Positions 47,248-56,889 of a stretch of DNA of 64,000 bases are shown piece by piece. The notes below the pieces were generated by a model. The model made no database searches. It was not told the DNA's origin and saw nothing but the letters and a program-made list of their open reading frames with translations. A program made the translations under genes and the position numbers. Positions within the stretch are counted from its first letter, which is position 1. Each line of letters begins with the position of its first letter. This stretch comes from Candidatus Sumerlaeaceae bacterium (lineage in GTDB: Bacteria; Sumerlaeota; Sumerlaeia; Sumerlaeales; Sumerlaeaceae): contig JBMFRB010000002.1 in NCBI GenBank assembly GCA_049968255.1, positions 64,001 through 128,000 on the forward strand, in the 5' to 3' direction.

Positions 47248-48725
47248 CAGCCAGTGGTCACCATCCGAAGCTCAAATTCCTCACACAGTCGAGCCGCCGT
47301 CACAAATTCAGCCGTGCCCGCCGAGGCAAACAAGAAGTATTCCATCGTGTCCCAATAGCCGGGAAACGCACGGTGGTCATGCAGTGTGTTATGCCACAGC
47401 AGCACAAACGCACCGCCACGCGTTTCACTTGCATCCAGCAGCCGTGCAAACCGCTCGATGGCTTTCTCAGCCGGCAATTTTTCGTAAACAGCCAACGTGA
47501 TGTCCATCGCCACAAGCGGTAGTTCAATGATAGGCAGTTCCATGCGTTTTTCTACGTCGAACGGTCGCAAACATCCCGACCATCCGCAGCGAAAGCCTGC
47601 CCTGTCGGCAAATCCCACGGATGTGTCGTAGCGCAATCCACACTGTCCCTGGATGTACCATGTGTCTGGTACGGAGAAACGCAAATAATGCTGGCGCGCG
47701 CCGATCACGCTGTGGCCGACAGCTTTCTCCAGCGCTTGCGTTTCAGCCTGCATCTGCTTGAGTGATTGGAACGTCTCATAAGAGGGATGAAGGCCGATTT
47801 CATCGCCGTGCGACAAGATTCGCATGATGAGCTCGCGAACCATCTGATCATCGAGTGAATAATCGCCGTCGAGAGGCGCTTCACCTCCGCCCATCAGATA
47901 GAAACTCGAAGGTGCGCTCAAGCGTTCCTTCACAGAAAAGATGTCATCGAAGCTGTCATAAGGATCGCGCCGCAGGCCAGCCAAAACAAGGCTAGCCATA
48001 CGAATCTCGCTCGTGGCCTCGCGGGCATCTCCCCTCATCATTGCGGAAATTGTGCGCCTCACTCCCATGAGGCCGCGATATTTCCTGAGTAGGTCCACGT
48101 CGTGGGTGAGCACAACCCGTGGTTTTTTGCAAAAATAGGCCGAATTGCGGTGCCGGCTCAGGTCTTCAATCACGCGTTCAAGCTGCTCGAACCACCGATT
48201 CACCACGGGCTGGTCATACATTTCTGGCGGAGCTACGCTGAAGGCGGCCAAAAACCTGTTGTGAGCTTCGGCTGTGGCGGTCACATATTCCTCGTAGCGT
48301 GACAAAAACCAGAATGCGGCCGCCACAAGATCAAAATTTATATGCGCTCGTTTGATCGACACCCTCTCCACGTATTTCACAAAACCATCGGCGGACGTTG
48401 CTTCCTGCAGCAGATTGGTAGGCTCGGGCATGTCTGGAGTGAGAAGAAATGACGGCCCAAAAAAGGAAGAGCGTCGGATGCGGATTACTGGTTTACCGCG
48501 AAAACGGTTTTCCACTACGGTCCAGTATTCTGCAGTCTCGTCGTCCGTGCCGTACAGCACAAGAACGTCGGTTTCACGAAGAGGGGGCTTCTGCGCGAGT
48601 TCCTCCCATGAACAGAACCTCGTCGCCATACCTGCCCACCGACCAAATGTGCGAATCACGTAATCCACACACGGCGCAAATTCATCGTTTGCGCGCACAC
48701 AAAGGCACACTGCATCGTTCATCAT
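47247..48725 (-). CDS. Polysaccharide deacetylase family protein
   Basis: FLSRYEEY, THDVD, EIGLHPSY, RQHYLRF, YDTS.GF, LWHN. Confidence 0.88.
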   Translation of the reverse strand: MMNDAVCLCVRANDEFAPCVDYVIRTFGRWAGMATRFCSWEELAQKPPLRETDVLVLYGTDDETAEYWTVVENRFRGKPVIRIRRSSFFGPSFLLTPDMPEPTNLLQEATSADGFVKYVERVSIKRAHINFDLVAAAFWFLSRYEEYVTATAEAHNRFLAAFSVAPPEMYDQPVVNRWFEQLERVIEDLSRHRNSAYFCKKPRVVLTHDVDLLRKYRGLMGVRRTISAMMRGDAREATSEIRMASLVLAGLRRDPYDSFDDIFSVKERLSAPSSFYLMGGGEAPLDGDYSLDDQMVRELIMRILSHGDEIGLHPSYETFQSLKQMQAETQALEKAVGHSVIGARQHYLRFSVPDTWYIQGQCGLRYDTSVGFADRAGFRCGWSGCLRPFDVEKRMELPIIELPLVAMDITLAVYEKLPAEKAIERFARLLDASETRGGAFVLLWHNTLHDHRAFPGYWDTMEYFLFASAGTAEFVTAARLCEEFELRMVTTG

Positions 48726-48805
48726 GATGCCTCTTTGCTGTTGGTCCGGGAATGTGAAATCAAGTTTTAGGAACACAGCTCGAGATAATACTGGCCATTG
48801 GCGCT

Positions 48806-48844
48806 AAAAAAATTGGAGCGGACAGGCACCTTCCTGTCCGCTCC
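48806..48844 (-). terminator. Intrinsic terminator after secreted paralog A
   Basis: 12-bp stem GGAGCGGACAGG / CCTGTCCGCTCC followed on the minus strand by AATTTTTTT. Confidence 0.8.
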
Positions 48845-48932
48845 GGCCCCGCGACTCGTGTTGAGCAAATGATCTCATGCGCTAAGAAGCGCGGCGCCGA
48901 AGCCCGCCCCTTGCTTCAGACGCTCGCGCATG

Positions 48933-49976
48933 TCACTCGAAGAGATTCCAATCTTTGACCGCGGTTGACCCGCTCGGCAGGAGCCATCCCGAAACGGAGT
49001 TGTTTGTGTAAAGGAACCACACGCGACCGTTTTGCGGATCAATGGCCACATCGCCTGTGCCGTTCAGATTTGCTGCAGCTCCCCCGGCTTTTTCGATCCC
49101 GCTACCAGTGACGGCGAACGGAGTATCGCTGTCGAGATCCCACACAACTCCTTTGACGTCGGTATCTCCCGCGTTCACAGAGGCAGGCGCAAGCCCCATC
49201 AACTTTTTCGCACCTTTCAACGCGACGGCCAAGGCCCCTTTGCCCGGTGTGACCGCTTTCTGACCACCTGCTGTTGCCGTGCTTCCGCTTATAGTGTACA
49301 GGACTGACGTGGTTTCTGCCGTCGACGTGTCGGCCGCTTTGCGTGCCCAAAAGTCTGTGCCGCTGGGATCCCACGCAACAAAACTCAAGCCCACAAGCCC
49401 TACGTCCAGCGTAAGTTCCTGCTTGGTGAAGGTCTGGCCGCCGTCGGTCGTCGTCAACAATGCTACGTTCGGATTTCCCATGCCGGCGATCAGGATCTTT
49501 GTCGTGTTTCCCGAACCGGTGACTGCAATCGAGTCGCCAAGGCGCACGCTTGCAGGAGTCTCGGCATAGGCAACGGTCGGAGCTGCCGTTTCGTCAGCAT
49601 ACGCGTATAAGCGGAAGTTGTTTCCAGCCAAGGCAATGTTTGAAAGGTAGATTCGGCCATCCTGCGCCACGCCGACTTTGGCGACATTCACGGTGCCACC
49701 GCCGATTCCGGTATTGTTTAGACCACTGCCAATCTCCGCGCCTGTAACGGGGTCCAACACGTGGATTTTGTTCCCCGCACCAGAATCATTGTCGGCGACG
49801 AGCACGTGGTCTGTCAGAGGATTGTAGGTCATCCCCCGTGTCTGGTTGTTGCCATTGAGCCAACTCAGCGTCCCGCCATCGTCCACCTTGAACAGCAAGG
49901 ACATTGGCTGCTGAGCCATTCCCAGCGACGTTACCGCCGCGATGAAGCCTGTCACGGCGAGAATTCGCGTTTTCAT
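48933..49976 (-). CDS. Secreted Asp-box beta-propeller-like protein (paralog A)
   Basis: AAGGAGG RBS, signal peptide, TTDGGQTF Asp-box, ends AVKDWNLFE; colinear with 52095-53153. Confidence 0.85.
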   Translation of the reverse strand: MKTRILAVTGFIAAVTSLGMAQQPMSLLFKVDDGGTLSWLNGNNQTRGMTYNPLTDHVLVADNDSGAGNKIHVLDPVTGAEIGSGLNNTGIGGGTVNVAKVGVAQDGRIYLSNIALAGNNFRLYAYADETAAPTVAYAETPASVRLGDSIAVTGSGNTTKILIAGMGNPNVALLTTTDGGQTFTKQELTLDVGLVGLSFVAWDPSGTDFWARKAADTSTAETTSVLYTISGSTATAGGQKAVTPGKGALAVALKGAKKLMGLAPASVNAGDTDVKGVVWDLDSDTPFAVTGSGIEKAGGAAANLNGTGDVAIDPQNGRVWFLYTNNSVSGWLLPSGSTAVKDWNLFE

Positions 49977-50269
49977 CTTTGCTCTCCTCCTTTTTGAATC
50001 TGTGTGCGGCACCCCGCAAACTCGCACCGCACACAAACGGAGTAACATTGAGGCAGGTGCAGCATTCAAGGAGAAAATGTAGAACGAAATTTATTACTGC
50101 ATAAAGTGGACCAAGGTTTCTCGAAGCTCGCTTAGCTATCGCTGACTTACCCAAGGGTACTGAAAGCGTTGCATCTCCTTCAGTTCCGTACGTTCTCAGC
50201 ACGTCCGCCCACACCCAGCCACCCGCCAGCCGCGAAATGCCTGACACAGGAGGCAAAATCAATGGGTTG

Positions 50270-50304
50270 AAAAAGCAAAACGGAGCTGTGCGCGCCACAG
50301 CTCC
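50270..50304 (-). terminator. Intrinsic terminator after the parvulin gene
   Basis: Stem GGAGCTGTG / CACAGCTCC followed on the minus strand by GTTTTGCTTTTT. Confidence 0.7.
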
Positions 50305-50335
50305 AATGGGAATACGTTCTGCTGCTACTGTTTTG

Positions 50336-51952
50336 TTACTTCGGCAGCGGAATAAGGATACGCAGCTCGTGCTCGCGAGCGAAGTCGTCTATCGCCTTTT
50401 GCAGGGCTTCCCACGCTTTGCGGTTTCGGGCTTGCTCCAGGCACATGTCGCGCACTTCGTCAAACGACAGTTGGGGCTGTTCGCGCCGCGCGTCGAGCCG
50501 ATAAAATGCCACGCCGCTTTCCGTTGGCAGGTTGTTCGTCAGCGAGCCCGTCGTGATTTTCACCAGTTCGTCATCGGCTTTTGGTTCGTCGCTCGACATG
50601 GCCCAATCGGCCTGTTGCGTGACTTCTCCACCTAATTCAGTGGCCTCCGCCCTAAGCTGCTCGAGCGAAGCTTCGGGATGAGCGAGCACAAAATCTCGCA
50701 GCTTATTGAGGGCGTCGAGCGCAGTGTGCCGCGTCGGGTAGCGCACCGTCCCATATGGCACAAGGAAGCGGGTGTACTTTAAGTAGCCACCTTTGCGCAT
50801 TGCTTTGGAATATGTTGTGTAATAGGCCCGCGCGTCATCTTCCGTCGGACGAAAGCGTTCAAGATTCGTGTCGAGAAAGCAGGTGCGAGCCAGCACACGC
50901 TCGCGGAAAAAACGCTCCTTCTTCTCGCAATGCGTTGGAGTCGTCATCTCCTCCAAAATCGCCCCGGCGAGCAGCTCTTGCGTGACTGTTGTTGGGCCGA
51001 AATGCTTTGCCACCAGCTTCTGCGCCTCCTCGTTCAGCTGTTCGGCCCGCATGAGCGCGATGATGTTTTTCTGCAGATTCGGATCGCGCTCGATCGTTTC
51101 GGTCGTCAGGCGCTGCTCAGGGTAAACGTGCGCCACCCACACAATATAATAGCCGTTGTGCAAAAGCGTCGGCGAAGAAATCACGTCCTCCGGCAGCGAA
51201 AAAGCGAAATCGACAAACTTGCGGTTATAAGGCACATGGCGTGAGATCGTCCCGATGCGTCCGCCTTTCGTGCTGCTTGGCGCCTGACTGTAAAAGCGGG
51301 CCGCGTCGTCGAATCGCAGGCGATGCTCAGCGAGAAGGCGGTAGATCTCCTCCATCTCTTTCTTCACGGCCTCGCGCTCGGCTTGGGTTTTTGTCCCTGT
51401 CGTCGAGCGGAAGATATAACGCACATCGCGCATTTCCTCACGTTCGAAAGCCTTACGGTGGCGAAATCCTGCCTCGACAATCTCCGCCAGCGTCGGTGTG
51501 GTGAAGTGTGTTGCCACCTGCGTTTGCCACGCCGCGATGACGCACGGCCAGAGCAGAGGTCGCGAAATCGCACTCACCGTCGTCTCAAGGTTCGGACACA
51601 GATCGCGCGCGCGCGCCGCCATCGCTTCTTCCCATGAGCGCTCGCGTGCAATTTGCTCCACGAATGTCGCTGCATCCTTGCGCTCCGCCTCAATCGAGCC
51701 ATGCAGCGCCGTTTCCACCGGATCCGCGTATGGATAGCGAGCGGCTTGACTGTAGAGGGCAATATCCTCAGCCGTCAAGTTGCCGCCCCTCCACTGCGCC
51801 ACGTGCGTCGCCAAGAGGTCGGACGCCGCGGCTCCCGTTGCCGCTGCAACCGTCACCACACCTGCCAGCCATGTACACAGAAAACTCCAAAACAACACGT
51901 GTTTTGTGCGATCATTCATCACACGGAAAATCTCCCTCACAAACTTACTCAA
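50336..51952 (-). CDS. Exported parvulin-type PPIase/foldase (SurA/PrsA-like)
   Basis: VRYIF, FDDAARFYSQAPSSTKGGRIG, FAFSL, S.P...NGYYIV; a second degenerate domain. Start uncertain. Confidence 0.8.
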   Translation of the reverse strand: MSKFVREIFRVMNDRTKHVLFWSFLCTWLAGVVTVAAATGAAASDLLATHVAQWRGGNLTAEDIALYSQAARYPYADPVETALHGSIEAERKDAATFVEQIARERSWEEAMAARARDLCPNLETTVSAISRPLLWPCVIAAWQTQVATHFTTPTLAEIVEAGFRHRKAFEREEMRDVRYIFRSTTGTKTQAEREAVKKEMEEIYRLLAEHRLRFDDAARFYSQAPSSTKGGRIGTISRHVPYNRKFVDFAFSLPEDVISSPTLLHNGYYIVWVAHVYPEQRLTTETIERDPNLQKNIIALMRAEQLNEEAQKLVAKHFGPTTVTQELLAGAILEEMTTPTHCEKKERFFRERVLARTCFLDTNLERFRPTEDDARAYYTTYSKAMRKGGYLKYTRFLVPYGTVRYPTRHTALDALNKLRDFVLAHPEASLEQLRAEATELGGEVTQQADWAMSSDEPKADDELVKITTGSLTNNLPTESGVAFYRLDARREQPQLSFDEVRDMCLEQARNRKAWEALQKAIDDFAREHELRILIPLPK

Positions 51953-51997
51953 GGCCGAGCACGCGTTACGGAGTGCTCACCACAAAAAGAGACAAGC

Positions 51998-52035
51998 AAA
52001 AAAGAAGGGGAGCGGAATGGTGCCCTTCCGCTCCC
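51998..52035 (-). terminator. Intrinsic terminator after secreted paralog B
   Basis: Stem GGGAGCGGAA / TTCCGCTCCC followed on the minus strand by CTTCTTTTTT. Confidence 0.8.
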
Positions 52036-52094
52036 GTGTCTTACCTGTTTCGATCGCTCTGCCGCGAAAGCTCAGCAGAACCATCGGCGTGGAA

Positions 52095-53153
52095 TCAGTA
52101 AAGATTCCAATCGGACACACCCGAAGCAACCTCGTTGGGCAGGTTCCAAGCCGACAGCGAGTTGTTCGTGTAGAGGAAGAAGACGCGCTTATTCGTCAGG
52201 TCGATGGCCGCAGCGCCCGACCCGTTAGTGTTCCCATTGGCCCCACCGCTCTTCTCAAGTCCGCTTGCCGTTTGAGCGAGAAGAGTCTCGCTGGCAACGT
52301 GATAAACAGTCCCGAAGAGGTTTGTCGCCGAAGAGGTGGCGTTCGCAAAGGTGTTGGCAATGATCAGGTTGTTTCCTGGGGTGACCTTGACATCAAACGC
52401 GCCGACGCCCGCCAGCGTCACAAGCTTATCGCCAAAAGTAGTGTCCTTTGTGCCATTGGTGCCGCTGATCGTGTAGCGCCTCAGTGCTGGAGTTTCTGTG
52501 CCACTTGCGGCGGCCTTGCGGACGAAGAACGCCGTCGGATCCTGAGGATCCCACTTCACATAGGGAATACCGGCCAGACCGACATCCAGCGTAATGTCCT
52601 GCTTGGTGAAGGTGTTTCCGCCATCAGTCGACGTAAACACAGCCACGTTGGGATTACCGGAGCCGCCGACCAGAAGCGAAATGTTCGAACCAGAGCCCTT
52701 GACATCGGCGCTGTCGCCGTAGCGGACCGCTACGCCTGCCTCGGTATAGCTCGCCACGGGGGTCGCCGATTCATTGGCGTAAGTGTAAATCTTGAAAGTG
52801 CTGGTCGCAGCTGCGATGTTTGTCAAAAAGAGCTTGCCGTCCGAGGTGGGATTGATAAGATTCAAAATTACCGTACCGCCCGTTACTCCGGTAACGTCTA
52901 AGGCATTGGGCGATTTCTCGGCGCCAGTGGCGGGGTCAAGCCGATAGACTGCATTACTCGGCGTACGGTCGGGCACGAGCACTGTATCAGTGACTTCGTT
53001 GTAGGCCATCCCACGCGTGGTGTTGTCGTTCCCAAACCAGGCAAGCGAGCCTCCCTGGTCCACTTTCCAGATCTGGGTCATGGTGTAGGGGGGCGCGGCG
53101 AAACTTACAGCAGCTACGCTGACTGCTGTGAGGGTAAGTGCTAACTTCTTCAT
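52095..53153 (-). CDS. Secreted Asp-box beta-propeller-like protein (paralog B)
   Basis: GGAGG RBS, signal peptide, STDGGNTF Asp-box, ends SGVSDWNLY. Confidence 0.88.
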   Translation of the reverse strand: MKKLALTLTAVSVAAVSFAAPPYTMTQIWKVDQGGSLAWFGNDNTTRGMAYNEVTDTVLVPDRTPSNAVYRLDPATGAEKSPNALDVTGVTGGTVILNLINPTSDGKLFLTNIAAATSTFKIYTYANESATPVASYTEAGVAVRYGDSADVKGSGSNISLLVGGSGNPNVAVFTSTDGGNTFTKQDITLDVGLAGIPYVKWDPQDPTAFFVRKAAASGTETPALRRYTISGTNGTKDTTFGDKLVTLAGVGAFDVKVTPGNNLIIANTFANATSSATNLFGTVYHVASETLLAQTASGLEKSGGANGNTNGSGAAAIDLTNKRVFFLYTNNSLSAWNLPNEVASGVSDWNLY

Positions 53154-53335
53154 AGGTAAACCTCCACAAATGTCGTTTTGACTCGGGGAAAGTTGGCACC
53201 CACTTTCCCATTGTCTTTTTTATGCATATGTCACAATTTTGGGTGGCGTCAAGTAAAAAATGACGTGTAATAATAAATCTGTGCAGTAATAGATAAGTTT
53301 TGAAATGAGAATCAACAACGACGAAGAAAGGGGAA

Positions 53336-54190
53336 ATGGCCATGTTCCTGCGGCCCGAAAGACATGTTTGCTTTTTTCAGAGTTGTTTTGATGTTGTCCT
53401 GACTTTGGCCGTGGCCTGCACTCTTTGCGGTTGCCAGAGCGAGTCGCGTGAAGCTGCGGTGTCGAGTCGGGCGGCTCGGCCGCTTGCGCCGACTCCGGCT
53501 GTGTTGCTGCAGAAAACGGAATTCAGAAATGAGCCATGTGCTATTGTTCCTGTCGAAGGTGGAACCGTGACGCTCGAGATGATTTCCAGCGAAGTGCTGC
53601 GCTTGCAACTGCGCGACACAGCAGGTCGGCCTGGATCGTTCGCCACACTGGCCACCCTGGAAACGAAGGTCCCGGAAGGGACTTCCCAACCTGAGAGAAT
53701 ATTAGCATTTTATCGCCTTGTTGGAGGCTTCCCTGAAGGGCTGTACGCAAGAATCTCCGAGCCCTTTTCTGCAGCTACGTCGGGTACGTTGCACATGATG
53801 CAGCTCAATGGCTATGCGATCGGGGATTACGTGTGTCAATTGCGCTGCCCGGCGGAGGTTGCTGAAGGCGAGCAAGCACTTGCCATTCGCGACACGCTGA
53901 CCTCGCCCGCAGTCCACATAACTGCGGCGCATCAGTTCATATCCGTCCTTGAGAATCTCGCTGCGGATGGCCCTGCAGAGCACATCCCGCAGGTGCTCGA
54001 TCTCATGCTCCGCTACTTGCACAGCTCGGCGGAGCTCACCCAAGGTGCGACGGCGGCAGCATTTTCCGAAGCGGCGAGCGCAGCGGCAGAATTCCGAGCA
54101 AAGGTCTCCCCCCAAGGCCAATTCCCCGCGAACGAGTTCGAACAATTCCGCGACCGACTCAATGAGCTTCTGCAGCATGCGCAAAAATAG
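53336..54190 (+). CDS. Hypothetical protein, possible lipoprotein
   Basis: Hydrophobic stretch ending LCGC (lipobox-like); fills the gap between minus-strand genes. Confidence 0.6.
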   Translation: MAMFLRPERHVCFFQSCFDVVLTLAVACTLCGCQSESREAAVSSRAARPLAPTPAVLLQKTEFRNEPCAIVPVEGGTVTLEMISSEVLRLQLRDTAGRPGSFATLATLETKVPEGTSQPERILAFYRLVGGFPEGLYARISEPFSAATSGTLHMMQLNGYAIGDYVCQLRCPAEVAEGEQALAIRDTLTSPAVHITAAHQFISVLENLAADGPAEHIPQVLDLMLRYLHSSAELTQGATAAAFSEAASAAAEFRAKVSPQGQFPANEFEQFRDRLNELLQHAQK

Positions 54191-54260
54191 CGGGCGTGCG
54201 GCGGCGCGTGTCAGTATGTGGCGCAAGAGGTTGTGGCCTCAGCGTGCGTGAGGAATTGCG

Positions 54261-55601
54261 TCAGTCTTCGTGACCGGAAGCGGAGCGAGTTGATCCACTC
54301 TTTTCTTCGGCTAGTACGTGATCGTAGATAGACTGGACGTGAACGAGGAACTGTGAGGGATCAAAGCATGCTTCGAGATCCGTCGGGGAGAGCACGGCAG
54401 TGGCTCGCGGATCTTTTTCCAAATTGCTGCGTAGCGTCGTAGCCTCATCCTCCCATGTCCTCATGGCCGCGCGCTGCACAACGTCGTACGCTTCCTCACG
54501 CGTGAGGCCGCGGTCAACAAGCGCAAGTAGCACGCGCTGCGAAAAGATCAGCCCGCGTGTGAGATTGAGATTTTTCGCCATCTGGGTAGGATAGTAATGG
54601 AGTCTTTCGAGTACCTGGCGCGCCGAGCGCAGCATGTAGTGGAGCACGGTTGTCGAATCGGGAAGGATAACGCGCTCCGTGGAGGAGTGGCTGATGTCGC
54701 GTTCGTGCCACAGGGCGTTATTTTCCAATGCGGTGGCCGCGTAGCCGCGCAGGAGTCGCGCGAGGCCCGTGAGCTGCTCGCACTTCACGGGATTGCGCTT
54801 GTGAGGCATGGCGCTCGACCCCTTTTGGCCTGCCGCAAAAGGTTCTTCTAGCTCGCGAACCTCGGTGCGCTGGAGGTGACGGATCTCGGTAGCAATTTTT
54901 TCGATCGTCGAGCCGCAAATGGCCAGTGCGCACAGCAACTCGGCGTGGCGATCGCGCTGGATGACCTGCGTGGCAACCCTGGCGCGACCGATTCCCAGCT
55001 TTTCGCACACACGCCTCTCGATTTCCGGGCCAGTGTGCGCGTAAGTGCCCACGGCTCCGGAAATTTTTCCTACTGCAACGCGGCGAAACGCTGCTTCCAA
55101 TCGGTGAGCGTTGCGCCCCATTTCGTCGTAATAAAGCAAAAATTTTAATCCTAACACAATCGGCTCTGCATGCACGCCGTGGGTTCGCCCGACAATCACT
55201 TGGTTCTTGTGCTCGAGGGCAAGCCGCCGAAGCGTTGCGCGTAGCTCGGCGACTTCAGTCAGGATGAGCTCACCGGCCCGTTTGAGGCGCACGGCCTGGG
55301 CGGTGTCCACGACGTCGTTCGAGGTCAGCCCCATGTGCACAAAGCGCGAGGCAGGGCCAATGTGTTCGGCCAGGCATGTGGTGAAAGCAACCACGTCATG
55401 GTGGACCGTCTTCTCGATTTCTTCGATTCGCGCGACATCAAAACGCGCGCCGGCTTTGATCTCTTGTAATGCCTCGGTGGGAATGCGCCCGAGCTCGTGC
55501 CATGCCTCGCATGCCGCAAGCTCGACTTCGAGCCAGGTTTGGAATTTTCTCTCCTCGCTCCACAGCGCCGACATCTCGGGGGTAGAATAGCGGGGAATCA
55601 C
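54261..55601 (-). CDS. purB: Adenylosuccinate lyase
   Basis: IPRYS, HMGLTS.D, GRTHGVHAEP, GSSAMPHKRNP, WHERDISHSS. Confidence 0.97.
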   Translation of the reverse strand: MIPRYSTPEMSALWSEERKFQTWLEVELAACEAWHELGRIPTEALQEIKAGARFDVARIEEIEKTVHHDVVAFTTCLAEHIGPASRFVHMGLTSNDVVDTAQAVRLKRAGELILTEVAELRATLRRLALEHKNQVIVGRTHGVHAEPIVLGLKFLLYYDEMGRNAHRLEAAFRRVAVGKISGAVGTYAHTGPEIERRVCEKLGIGRARVATQVIQRDRHAELLCALAICGSTIEKIATEIRHLQRTEVRELEEPFAAGQKGSSAMPHKRNPVKCEQLTGLARLLRGYAATALENNALWHERDISHSSTERVILPDSTTVLHYMLRSARQVLERLHYYPTQMAKNLNLTRGLIFSQRVLLALVDRGLTREEAYDVVQRAAMRTWEDEATTLRSNLEKDPRATAVLSPTDLEACFDPSQFLVHVQSIYDHVLAEEKSGSTRSASGHED

Positions 55602-56260
55602 GTTGTGCTCGCTCCTTTGTCGCTCAGGGTTTCGTCGAGGAATCGGACAACTCGTTGCTCTATGCGCCACTGGCGCTCGGTTACGGCCTTAAGCGCCTCG
55701 GCATACGCCTGATGCTCCTGCTCAAGGATTCGCGCAGCCAGGCTCTCCTCTGTGTCATTGTCCATGACGGGCACGCATCGCTGCACGATGATGGGACCAG
55801 TGTCCATGCCCGCATCCACGAAATGAACCGTGCAGCCAGAAACTTTCACGCCGTATTCCAGCGCCTGGCGTTGGGCGTGAAGGCCGGGGAAGGCCGGCAG
55901 AAGCGCTGGGTGGATGTTGAGGATTCGTTCGGAGTAGCGTTCGAGAAGTGTGGGGCCGACAAGCCGCATGTAACCGGCAAGCGCCACCCAGGTGATTGCG
56001 TACGATTCGAGAATCGCGACGATGGCTTTCTCAAACTGTTCTTTCGAGGCGAAATCTTTGCGCAGCACCACATGGGACGGCACGCCAAAGCGCTGCGCGA
56101 TCTGGAGCGCGCCAGCATCGCTTTTATCCACAATAAGGCAGGCGATGTGAGCTTTGCGGAAAAACCCATCGCGTTCGTGGCGCAAGAGAGCTTCGAAGTT
56201 TGACCCTCGGCCCGAAGCCAGCACGCCAACCTGAACCTTTTCCCTGTTGTCTGGCGTCAT
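55598..56260 (-). CDS. purN: Phosphoribosylglycinamide formyltransferase
   Basis: ASGRGSN, LAGYMR, NIHPALLP.F.G, GCTVHFV..D.GPII. Confidence 0.97.
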   Translation of the reverse strand: MTPDNREKVQVGVLASGRGSNFEALLRHERDGFFRKAHIACLIVDKSDAGALQIAQRFGVPSHVVLRKDFASKEQFEKAIVAILESYAITWVALAGYMRLVGPTLLERYSERILNIHPALLPAFPGLHAQRQALEYGVKVSGCTVHFVDAGMDTGPIIVQRCVPVMDNDTEESLAARILEQEHQAYAEALKAVTERQWRIEQRVVRFLDETLSDKGASTT

Positions 56261-56360
56261 TTGTCCTCTCGGATCACCGATATACTACCGTGCGCCTCCA
56301 CTGCAGCATGCTCATCCGCACTGGGACGCAGCGCTGCTTTCTGTGGGAATTTGCGCCCCC

Positions 56361-56789
56361 CTAGTGGGTGTGAAAATGAGGCAGGCGAGCATCGTAGTCC
56401 CGCAGGAGATCGCCGTGAACTGTGCAGCGCGGGAGCTCACCCACTTTGCCGATGACATATTCGCCGCCGCTGGGGCAGCGTGGCACATTCACAGGCGCGC
56501 GCACGGTGTCGTCATCGCACGGGGCGCGACGTCCATAGTCATAGCGGCGAAGGTACTTGTGAGCCAACACCTCAGCGCTGGGCGCCTTTGTGCCGGGACG
56601 TGCTCCCGTTTCGCGAGCCCACTCTTCTTTTGCGTCCAGCAAGCGTTCAAGGTTATAGAGACAAATCTGCTCGCGTCCTTCTGCGGTGGATAAAGGTGGA
56701 TCCACGGGATGCTTCCAGTTTGGGGCGAGCGCACAACCACTGAGTGCAAGCACTGCCACTGCCATCGACATGATCTTCCAATGTGTCAT
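56361..56789 (-). CDS. Lipoprotein with a pilin/pseudopilin-like head
   Basis: Lipobox LSGC; CLYNLERLLDAKEEWA helix; CPSGGEY...PRCTVHG. Confidence 0.65.
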   Translation of the reverse strand: MTHWKIMSMAVAVLALSGCALAPNWKHPVDPPLSTAEGREQICLYNLERLLDAKEEWARETGARPGTKAPSAEVLAHKYLRRYDYGRRAPCDDDTVRAPVNVPRCPSGGEYVIGKVGELPRCTVHGDLLRDYDARLPHFHTH

Positions 56790-56889
56790 CTTCGAGATCC
56801 CTCACAAAACTAACAATTGCACAAACACTTTCCACCGCTTGCTGATCACATATTCAGCCGCGCTGTGTTGGCGCAACAGAATTTCGCCG

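Noticed and set aside
48815-52035. Three GGAGC-stem hairpins as a REP or CRISPR-like repeat family
   Set aside because: Stems and loops differ, and each follows a stop codon and has a U-tract, so they are ordinary terminators.
51780-52901. 373-aa plus-strand ORF
   Set aside because: Antisense shadow of the well-supported secreted protein 52095-53153; no motifs or RBS.
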